Shown: piece by piece, positions 38,826 to 46,292 of the stretch | How the letters are laid out: each line of letters begins with the position of its first letter | Numbering within the stretch: the first letter of the stretch is position 1 | Virus record (IMG/VR): IMGVR_UViG_3300037245_001095 | Span: 1-51,561 of that record | Strand: one strand, 5' to 3' | Length of the DNA: 51,561 nucleotides | Source of the DNA: a virus | Lineage: Duplodnaviria > Caudoviricetes | Notes under the pieces: generated by a model | The model's database searches: none | What the model was told of the DNA's origin: nothing | The model's input: only the letters and a program-made list of their open reading frames with translations | Position numbers and translations under genes: made by a program

Positions 38826-39309
38826 TATAAGGGTATTAAAACCGGAAATATTTGCTGTACCTTCATTCAGTACTGAAATAGCAGTACTTAAACCTTATAA
38901 TCCTGGTGAATTTATGGATATTGATGATGAACCAATAGCAAGATCAGATATTAATGCAGAACATTATCAGATATATAAAATCGTGAATATGATTGATGAT
39001 CTTGAAGCAGAAGAGATATTCTTTGTTATTGTAGACAAAGATATTGAAACATATATTGATAGTCAATTTGAGGCTTTAGAAAGACGAAATATTATAATAC
39101 AAAAGTTGGAGCATGAACTTAGTTGTAGAAAAATTGACTTATCTTTGGCGCAAAAGATAATTGAACTTTATAATGCCTATGGCTTCTGGAAGAATATCAA
39201 GATATGGTTCCATAGAAGAAGAGTCGAGCTTGATCTAAATAAAGTTATTGGAAAACCAACTACTTCACATACTAATTATATGAAACTCATAAATAAGGAA
39301 TTAAAATAA
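38812..39309 (+). CDS. hypothetical protein
   Basis: AAGGAG RBS; coiled-coil segment. Confidence 0.65.
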   Translation: MMYIDIRVLKPEIFAVPSFSTEIAVLKPYNPGEFMDIDDEPIARSDINAEHYQIYKIVNMIDDLEAEEIFFVIVDKDIETYIDSQFEALERRNIIIQKLEHELSCRKIDLSLAQKIIELYNAYGFWKNIKIWFHRRRVELDLNKVIGKPTTSHTNYMKLINKELK

Positions 39310-39839
39310 TGGCTAAAGAAATAACAAGAGAAGAGTTGAAACCAACTCTAAGACATTACTGGAGAATGAGAAAGGCTGCTTATAAATGCTTAGTTAATGG
39401 TGATAGTCTTAGTCCAATGAATATGTCTACACTTATTGGTGAGGATTGGTTTGGTAACTATTGCAGCTTATGTATTAAATATTGTAAAGAATCTAAAGCT
39501 CATATATTAAATATACATCAATGTACAGGTTGTCCAATAAAAGAGAATGGCTTTTGTTGCTTAGGCTATGGGTCATTGTGGGGTGCTATGAATCGCTCAG
39601 CTGATTGTCAAGAGTTCATTGGAAGATTAACAATTATGGCCAAAATGATCATGAAGTTACCAAGAGAGAAAATGATATGCCCTGAATGTGACGACATGTT
39701 ACAAGAAGATTGTGAAGTTGATTGTGACTATGATTATGAGTCACCAGAATGTCAAGAACATATGGATAGTGCAGAATGTGAAGATTTAAATGCAACTTGC
39801 GAAACATGTGATGGTGAAGGCGAAATCAATGCAAGATAA
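39309..39839 (+). CDS. Cys-rich protein with DnaJ-type zinc-finger ends, paralog family D
   Basis: CSLC, CTGCP, CPEC, CETCDGEG. Confidence 0.75.
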   Translation: MAKEITREELKPTLRHYWRMRKAAYKCLVNGDSLSPMNMSTLIGEDWFGNYCSLCIKYCKESKAHILNIHQCTGCPIKENGFCCLGYGSLWGAMNRSADCQEFIGRLTIMAKMIMKLPREKMICPECDDMLQEDCEVDCDYDYESPECQEHMDSAECEDLNATCETCDGEGEINAR

Positions 39840-39851
39840 AGAGGTAAAGAG

Positions 39852-40376
39852 ATGGCTAAAGAAATAACAAGAGAAGAGTTGAAACCAACTCTAAGACATT
39901 ACTGGAGAATGAGAAAGGCAGCCTTCAACTTTATAGATAAATATGATGAAGTTGACCCAGTGCTAATGGCCAATACTATTGGTGAGAGTTGGTATGGAAA
40001 AGATTGCTTCTTATGTCAGAAACATTATAGTAGAGATCTTGAATTACAAGGTGTTAATGATAAGCAATGTTGTAGACATTGCCCATTAAAAGAAAATAGT
40101 TTTTGTTGTCTATATGAATTTTCAATATGGAACATTATGAATGATTCAGATAGTTGGACTGAGCTCATTAGTAGTTTAACAACTATGGCTCGGATCATAA
40201 TGAAGCTACCAAGGGCCCGGGTCACGTGTCCCGACTGCAATGGTCATGGTACTGAACAATGTGGACATCAGTCACATCATATTGAGACAATGTCGAATTG
40301 TGATATATCTGATTGTGAGAATGGTTGGATAACATGTAAGACCTGTAATGGTGAAGGAGCAATCAATGCCAGATAA
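39852..40376 (+). CDS. Cys-rich protein with DnaJ-type zinc finger, paralog family D
   Basis: CFLC, CRHCP, CPDCNGHG, CKTCNGEG; first 68 nt identical to the upstream gene. Confidence 0.75.
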   Translation: MAKEITREELKPTLRHYWRMRKAAFNFIDKYDEVDPVLMANTIGESWYGKDCFLCQKHYSRDLELQGVNDKQCCRHCPLKENSFCCLYEFSIWNIMNDSDSWTELISSLTTMARIIMKLPRARVTCPDCNGHGTEQCGHQSHHIETMSNCDISDCENGWITCKTCNGEGAINAR

Positions 40377-40527
40377 ATTAATAGGTAAAGAAGAGTTTGA
40401 TTGGGCATTAAAAACTATAGATGGTACTTGTCCCTTCACAGATGCCGGAGAAATAGGTGGTGATTGTTTAAGTAGTATAGAACATTGTAATAATTGTATT
40501 ACAGAGCAAAATAATAAAGAGAGGTAA
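40366..40527 (+). CDS. small Cys-containing protein (53 aa, not in the ORF track)
   Basis: AAGGAG RBS; MPDKLIGKEEFDW...CPF...C...HCNNC. Confidence 0.6.
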   Translation: MPDKLIGKEEFDWALKTIDGTCPFTDAGEIGGDCLSSIEHCNNCITEQNNKER

Positions 40528-40531
40528 ATAA

Positions 40532-40855
40532 ATGCCAGATAAAAACGATATTATTAAAAAATTAGTGAGCAGTAATTTGCCATATACAATTACAAACTTT
40601 AATGTACAATCCCTATCTGATGATATGGTGTCTTTTTCAGTTGTTGGTCCGGCTGTACGTGAAGCGATTAGACAGCCAGAATGGAGAGATTTACAAAAAG
40701 AAGATATGCAAAAAGGTGAAGAGATAATCTTTACTCTTAATGAAAAAGGTGTAATTATCTCTCATAATCTTACAGAATTATACGACAAACATGATGGAAT
40801 AAGAATTATACATAGCTCTAAAACAGGCTCATTTTCTATTCAGATTTTAGATTGA
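40532..40855 (+). CDS. hypothetical protein
   Basis: GAGAGGT RBS. Confidence 0.65.
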   Translation: MPDKNDIIKKLVSSNLPYTITNFNVQSLSDDMVSFSVVGPAVREAIRQPEWRDLQKEDMQKGEEIIFTLNEKGVIISHNLTELYDKHDGIRIIHSSKTGSFSIQILD

Positions 40856-40882
40856 TTTAAATAAAACAAGAGAGGTAAAGAA

Positions 40883-41143
40883 ATGGACAAAGAATTATGG
40901 TTGAAAGGTGATCTATTGCAAATGAGTAGTCAAGACACACACTTGATCTTTCAAGGTATTCCAACCAGACGTGTTGATGTATATCCTGTTGTGAATGCAG
41001 AAAATCGAAATAGAGCTCTATATATTCTATGGACTGATTCTGTAGATGGTTGGTGGCTCTATGAAGAAGAGTTCATTGAGCTTGGTTTATGTACACATGA
41101 AGAATATGTAATTAAATTAAGGAGGCAATGTTATGGCAGATAA
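40883..41143 (+). CDS. hypothetical protein
   Basis: Conserved start motif. Confidence 0.65.
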   Translation: MDKELWLKGDLLQMSSQDTHLIFQGIPTRRVDVYPVVNAENRNRALYILWTDSVDGWWLYEEEFIELGLCTHEEYVIKLRRQCYGR

Positions 41144-41417
41144 ACAAACACAAGAAGAAGTAGCTAATTTAAAGGTGCTTGCAGACGAAGAGTTGACCAA
41201 TTTACAATATAAGTTTGAAAGAACACTATGCCCAATATTCAAGACCAATTGTAATGGTAAGGTTTGTCATTCATATTATGAAGGTAAAGTACATCGTCAT
41301 ACTCTTGTTAAAGCCGATAGAAATGTTATTAATTTTCAAGTATATGCACCAAGATGTGAGTCACCATTAGTAACTGGTAGAATTGAGCATGATGGTACAC
41401 TAGACGTCAGTATATAA
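41133..41417 (+). CDS. hypothetical Cys-containing protein
   Basis: AGGAGG RBS; CP...C...C...C. Confidence 0.65.
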   Translation: MADKQTQEEVANLKVLADEELTNLQYKFERTLCPIFKTNCNGKVCHSYYEGKVHRHTLVKADRNVINFQVYAPRCESPLVTGRIEHDGTLDVSI

Positions 41418-41429
41418 AGGAGGTAATCA

Positions 41430-41588
41430 ATGGACTGTAGATTTGGTATTGAACGTGAGCCAACATATTGTAGTCATATACATAATGGTACTTCAAAATG
41501 TGCAATGGAGTTTTGCCCACTAAGTTTTACTGAGCTTCAAGAAGAACTTAAATATAAACAAAAGAAATCAAAAAAGGAGAGTGATTAA
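41430..41588 (+). CDS. small Cys-containing protein (52 aa, not in the ORF track)
   Basis: AAGGAGGT RBS; MDCRFG...CSH...CAMEFCP. Confidence 0.6.
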   Translation: MDCRFGIEREPTYCSHIHNGTSKCAMEFCPLSFTELQEELKYKQKKSKKESD

Positions 41589-42227
41589 GTGAGAAGGAAA
41601 GTGAAGTCTGAGACCTTGATTACATTTTATGCAATACTGTTAATAATCATTATAATATTATTAAGTATGCTATGGGGTAATAAGATAGCATTAACAAATG
41701 TATTTGAACAACTTGATAATACGAAACAATTAGCCTATGACTTAACAAATAAGATTAGAATTATGGAACTTGATGAACAATTTGATTATCTTAATCCAAT
41801 TCATATTGATGATTTTGTCAGGCCAACATCACCTTTTGGTATACGAACCGTGCCAGATGAAATATATACAGGTGGTGCTACTGAACGAATGCACGGTGGT
41901 GTTGATCTGGTTGGCACGTGGCATGCTAGAGTGGTTGCTTCAGCTAATGGAAGAGTAATTGATAAATGGTTTGTTCCTGATGGAAAATATAGAAATGGTC
42001 ATGCAACGTTTGGTGGTTATATTCGTATCTTACATATTGATGGAAGTATAACAGGTTATGCACATCTAAGTGCTATATATGTACGAGAGGGTGATATAGT
42101 GAGCCAGGGAGATGTGATTGGACGAACCGGTAATACAGGTTTATCAACCGGTGACCATTTACATTTCAGTCTGGAATTAACTAAAGATGACTTTGTTAAT
42201 CCATTAAGCCATATTAAATTGAGGTAA
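41589..42227 (+). CDS. M23-family metallopeptidase with N-terminal TM anchor
   Basis: TSPFGIR, HGGVD, YAHLS, GDVIG..GNTGLSTGDHLHF. Confidence 0.92.
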   Translation: MRRKVKSETLITFYAILLIIIIILLSMLWGNKIALTNVFEQLDNTKQLAYDLTNKIRIMELDEQFDYLNPIHIDDFVRPTSPFGIRTVPDEIYTGGATERMHGGVDLVGTWHARVVASANGRVIDKWFVPDGKYRNGHATFGGYIRILHIDGSITGYAHLSAIYVREGDIVSQGDVIGRTGNTGLSTGDHLHFSLELTKDDFVNPLSHIKLR

Positions 42228-42231
42228 AGAG

Positions 42232-42447
42232 ATGAAAGAAGTAGCAATATTAGAGACTGATCAATGGCCAATCTACAAAATAGGTATTGTTAATAATGAA
42301 ACTGATCGAGAGATTTATATACGTTGTGATGCTCCAATTGTCAAGATTGCTGATGATGTATATAAGGAGTATATGGCTTTAAAGATTAAGATGCTTGCTA
42401 TGCAGACATTCTTAAAATTAAGATATAAACAAGAGGTAGAGAAATGA
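42232..42447 (+). CDS. hypothetical protein
   Basis: Conserved start motif. Confidence 0.65.
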   Translation: MKEVAILETDQWPIYKIGIVNNETDREIYIRCDAPIVKIADDVYKEYMALKIKMLAMQTFLKLRYKQEVEK

Positions 42448-43202
42448 TTAGCTATATAGGTTGTAAATATTGGCTTAACATTGCAAATGACAATGGCAAA
42501 CCATGTATTTATTGTGATGATTATTCAGAATTCATACCCAAAAAGGAAAGAGGTAAAGAAATGAGAAAATTGAAAAGAGGCACAATGGTTTGGAGTAAAG
42601 AAGATGGCCGAGGTATTGTAATGGGTCCTATGAGAATATCTGAAGTTGTACCAGTAATGTTTGAAGGTCATAGTGAATCTATGGTAATGGAACGTAAGTA
42701 TCTATTTGCCAAGGGTGACAAAGTATACACTACGACTTATAAAGGTAATCAAATAGATAACTATAACAAAGCCAAGTTCTATGAACCACTTACACATACA
42801 ACCGATCTTAAGTCAAGATATACTGTAACTGATAGTAGTGGCACAAGAGAACATACTTATGTATATGATGTTAAGCATTGTGAGGTACATGATGCAAGAC
42901 AGAATGAACTTCGAGAAGCAAAGATTGCTCAAGCTAAAGCTCGTGTACATCATGGTCAAGCTCAACGTATTGGACAACTCGAATTGAGCATTGAATCATT
43001 ACCATGCAAGAATATATGGTATCAGAATGATACCGGCAAATATGCAAGTACATCACCAAATTATCAAGAGATATCTAAGTCAGAAATGATACACAGATTG
43101 AATAGCATGACAAAGGATGCTGTACTTGACGAAATGGCCAATATCGCAAGACATTATCATATTGGCTCAGGAGATTTAAGAAGTATACTTAGAAGAAAAT
43201 AA
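42444..43202 (+). CDS. hypothetical protein with a second in-frame start at 42561
   Basis: Both 42444 and 42561 are preceded by the AGAGGTARAGAA motif. Confidence 0.7.
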   Translation: MISYIGCKYWLNIANDNGKPCIYCDDYSEFIPKKERGKEMRKLKRGTMVWSKEDGRGIVMGPMRISEVVPVMFEGHSESMVMERKYLFAKGDKVYTTTYKGNQIDNYNKAKFYEPLTHTTDLKSRYTVTDSSGTREHTYVYDVKHCEVHDARQNELREAKIAQAKARVHHGQAQRIGQLELSIESLPCKNIWYQNDTGKYASTSPNYQEISKSEMIHRLNSMTKDAVLDEMANIARHYHIGSGDLRSILRRK

Positions 43203-43252
43203 CCCCTCCCAAGAGGTTATAATTGTTCTGGAGCAGTTGGCCTAACCAACTA

Positions 43253-43323
43253 TGGTGTGTAGCTCAGGCTGGTACGAGCGCTGTTGATCACGGAGGTCAG
43301 AGGTTCAAATCCTCTCACATCAT
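43253..43323 (+). tRNA. atypical tRNA-like gene with shortened anticodon arm (GAT at arm centre)
   Basis: Acceptor TGGTGTG/CACATCA; D arm GCTC..GAGC; T arm AGAGG-TTCAAAT-CCTCT; anticodon arm only 13 nt; no CCA. Confidence 0.7.
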
Positions 43324-43351
43324 GAGCCTTATATGGCTAAGGAGATAAGAA

Positions 43352-43744
43352 ATGAAAAAGATTTTAAGTTTGGCATTATTGGTATTAGTAATTATGTTGT
43401 TTGCTAGCTGTAGTTTGATAGAAACTACTGATGCAGATGTCGCATCCTACAATTTATCTAAAGATGCTGACATGTTCAGGATCAATCGAAGAGTTGTATT
43501 CTATAATGGGATTACTGATGCATATATCTTGTCTATAGAGGGAAGAAGTTCTGTAGAGTTCTTTCCTGATAAGTTTGTTGTTACTGTTAAAACAGGCCCT
43601 AATGAATACAAGAAGCATTACCTTGGTAGAGCTGATAATGTTTTCCCTTTTGTTGAACAGCTTGATGCCGTACCTGTTGATGTATATCATTATAAAGTAA
43701 TCTTTAAGCCTTCAGTAATTATACCAGATATAGAAATTAAATGA
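43352..43744 (+). CDS. phage lipoprotein
   Basis: Signal peptide with LFAS-C lipobox; ADVASYNLSKDAD...RRVVFYNGITD motif, which I recall from other phage lipoproteins. Confidence 0.8.
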   Translation: MKKILSLALLVLVIMLFASCSLIETTDADVASYNLSKDADMFRINRRVVFYNGITDAYILSIEGRSSVEFFPDKFVVTVKTGPNEYKKHYLGRADNVFPFVEQLDAVPVDVYHYKVIFKPSVIIPDIEIK

Positions 43745-43762
43745 TTTTAAGGAGGCATAGCT

Positions 43763-44089
43763 ATGAAAAGAGCTCGCTTACTAATGCTGTTGCTGATAGC
43801 ATTGCTGGTAGCTCTACCAGTGGCAGCAGGCACATTAAATGTGTCTAACAACCTATTGATGGTTGAACCAATTGAAACCAAGATTGCACTTGAGGAGGTA
43901 TCTATCAATTATAATGTAGCTAATGAAGCATTAGTTACTTCAGTTGCTGATATTACATTGTGGCCAGCAATAGTAATTATAATGATGATAACAATGGTAT
44001 TATTTACCGGTTTTATCAATATGATAAAAGATCGGAACAAATACAAAAACATGGGAGGAGTCCCGATGTATTCGTCGGGGCATACTTGA
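43763..44089 (+). CDS. membrane protein (signal peptide and one TM helix)
   Basis: AAGGAGG RBS; PVAA-G cleavage site; WPAIVIIMMITMVLFTGFI TM segment. Confidence 0.65.
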   Translation: MKRARLLMLLLIALLVALPVAAGTLNVSNNLLMVEPIETKIALEEVSINYNVANEALVTSVADITLWPAIVIIMMITMVLFTGFINMIKDRNKYKNMGGVPMYSSGHT

Positions 44090-44164
44090 GTACCTAATCC
44101 CATGATAAATGAAAATCGGACATAATAAGATCGGCGGATTGATCATCTGCCGATCATTTAACAA

Positions 44165-44313
44165 GTGACAGTGGCGTAATTGGTAAACGCACTCAGACGT
44201 GAGGTTAAGTAATGCGGAAAGTAATAAACTGCTTTCAGAAATGGGATAATAGTAAACCATCGCCGAAAGGTTAGTAGCATTGTTCTATGCAGGTTCGAGT
44301 CCTGTCTGTCGCA
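44165..44313 (+). ncRNA. tRNA-like RNA with a 98-nt structured insert replacing the anticodon/variable arms
   Basis: Acceptor GTGACAG/CTGTCGC; D arm GCGT-AATTGGTAA-ACGC; T arm GCAGG-TTCGAGT-CCTGT. Confidence 0.75.
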
Positions 44314-44440
44314 TATTAAGGGTATGCGTATGCATTACTACTTAATAAAAATCTGGTATCCCTGAATCAGATCAATAGCAACCAACTTGAGTGGCTTAGA
44401 CCGGTACTGCAGGGAGTACCAATTTTATGGAGGTAGAGAA

Positions 44441-44917
44441 ATGGAAGAAGAAAGGAAATCAGGATTTGATCAGTTAGGAACAATAGATGATGAACCTGTT
44501 GCACTTGAGATTAAAACCGCAGTTACAGAAGACATTGGAAATGTTATTCATGATGCTATTGATGACAAGCTTAAAGATATGGAAGTTGGCAAACCTTTAG
44601 GCAAGAAACCTGAGAAGAGAAAACCAATCAAATTAAACCATGAGTTATCAACTGAATTACGATGCAAAAGATGTAACACTTACTTTGATTCAATGATAAA
44701 CATTAAATGGGATAGTGGTTATAAAGGCCGATCATATTGTCCTAAATGTGGTTTTGGTATGAAGGTTGTAAGAACAATGCCAACACGAGAATTGAAAAGA
44801 CGACCTAATGGTACTGTCATATCTGATAAGAAGCCAAAGCGAAAAGGCTTAACAAAGAAAGAACGTTGTGCTATTCGTAAGCGGGAGGCTAAGAATGAAT
44901 ATAGTAACGAATCCTGA
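44441..44917 (+). CDS. zinc-ribbon protein with basic C-terminus
   Basis: Start moved to 44441 (conserved motif); CKRC...CPKC. Confidence 0.7.
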   Translation: MEEERKSGFDQLGTIDDEPVALEIKTAVTEDIGNVIHDAIDDKLKDMEVGKPLGKKPEKRKPIKLNHELSTELRCKRCNTYFDSMINIKWDSGYKGRSYCPKCGFGMKVVRTMPTRELKRRPNGTVISDKKPKRKGLTKKERCAIRKREAKNEYSNES

Positions 44918-45128
44918 TAATGATTTTGTATGCCTTATCTGTGGAACCGATAATAAAGAACCCGTAACATTGATTCCAATAAAGGGCACAGAAAAAGGAA
45001 ATATTATGGAAGCTGAAGTAATACATATTAAGTGTATTGACTTAACTTTATTCAAAGGTGATGATAGGTTCATGGGTCTACAACAGACCTTTTATACAAA
45101 GGAGTCAGAAGATGAAGTTTCTAAGTGA
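44895..45128 (+). CDS. hypothetical zinc-binding protein
   Basis: GGGAGG RBS; CLIC...HIKC. Confidence 0.65.
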   Translation: MNIVTNPDNDFVCLICGTDNKEPVTLIPIKGTEKGNIMEAEVIHIKCIDLTLFKGDDRFMGLQQTFYTKESEDEVSK

Positions 45129-45321
45129 TGAAGAATATTATCAGCCAGCAACTGAAGATATGTTAATGGCAGAAGAAGACTTCTATGATTATCTTGATGA
45201 TGACGATGAATCATATGATGATGACTTTGACGATGTTCAACTTGAAAATGAAGATGATGAAGACGTCTATCAATATGAAGGTGACTTTGATCTTGAGGAG
45301 TTTTTCGATGACGATGATTAA
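45112..45321 (+). CDS. extremely acidic 69-aa protein
   Basis: AAGGAG RBS; 34 of 69 residues are D/E. Confidence 0.7.
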   Translation: MKFLSDEEYYQPATEDMLMAEEDFYDYLDDDDESYDDDFDDVQLENEDDEDVYQYEGDFDLEEFFDDDD

Positions 45322-45520
45322 ATATGCCCAGAAGGTTGCGTTATATGGCAAACAACTCGCTGAACAAATGGAACCTGATATTCAAAGAACAATACTTGAG
45401 ATAAAGATTACTGCTGTGTATAAAGCAATTAAAGACGACAATTTTAAAGCAATACACAAACAAACAACAGAATTACGAGCAATCATTGGTGTATCTAAAA
45501 GAAGAATGGAAGGAAAATGA
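45308..45520 (+). CDS. hypothetical protein
   Basis: GAGGAG RBS upstream of ATG 45308. Confidence 0.6.
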   Translation: MTMIKYAQKVALYGKQLAEQMEPDIQRTILEIKITAVYKAIKDDNFKAIHKQTTELRAIIGVSKRRMEGK

Positions 45521-45521
45521 A

Positions 45522-46292
45522 ATGACTCCAGCTGAAAAGTTCTTTAACGATAATAAATTGACACCAGAACAGAGACAAGTTATGAAGACATTTGAATTGC
45601 ATAAGAAGTATGGAATGGAAGCCCAGAGAATGGACGAAATATTTGGCTCAGTGAGCGGAAGGTTTAATAGTCAGAAACCAAACTTTACTGTTGAACCAAA
45701 GAGTGCATTTGAGCCTAATGATGAAACTTTTAGAGAGCGTTACTCAGGTAAGTTTGATCTTGCTGACATGGAAGCCAGAATCTTTGCACAAATGTCTGCT
45801 ACAGAAAAAGATAGACTTGGTACTTTAAAAGATGAATACTTCAATGATACAGTTCATAGTGCATCTGCACAGACTTGTGCAGAAAATGATGATCATATGA
45901 AGCATAAAGACATAAGAGACTTTTTACATCATTATAGTAACGGACCAAGTACATTTGGTGAAGTTATATACGGACATAAACAGCCATCACCAAAGTTTGC
46001 AGAAGGTGGCAAATTACATATGTCAATGAGTGGCAGAATACACACTAATGAGCCTATTATAAGACCAATAAGAGTAGTCAACCCATTAGGATTAACTCAT
46101 GGTTGCCCATTCTGTGGCACGTGGGATGAAGAGGAGGAACAAGCAATATTAGAAACATTAAATGATGCTAAGACAGCTATAGTAAATTGGAATGTAGTCT
46201 GTAGTTGTGGGGCAATGGGACCTGATGCTGATTCAAGAGAAGAAGCTATCAGTCGATGGAACAATATAGAAGAGGTACGAGATGGAAAGTAA
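45522..46292 (+). CDS. PolA-motif mosaic fused to a Lar-family (restriction alleviation) zinc finger
   Basis: C-terminal CPFCG...VVCSCGAMGP...EEAISRWN; N-terminal PolA-like motifs (see findings). Confidence 0.75.
   Translation: MTPAEKFFNDNKLTPEQRQVMKTFELHKKYGMEAQRMDEIFGSVSGRFNSQKPNFTVEPKSAFEPNDETFRERYSGKFDLADMEARIFAQMSATEKDRLGTLKDEYFNDTVHSASAQTCAENDDHMKHKDIRDFLHHYSNGPSTFGEVIYGHKQPSPKFAEGGKLHMSMSGRIHTNEPIIRPIRVVNPLGLTHGCPFCGTWDEEEEQAILETLNDAKTAIVNWNVVCSCGAMGPDADSREEAISRWNNIEEVRDGK

Noticed and set aside
44165-44313. tmRNA or intron-containing tRNA-Leu
   Set aside because: Too short, has a full D stem, no tag ORF, no group I core and no reconstructable 7-nt anticodon loop.
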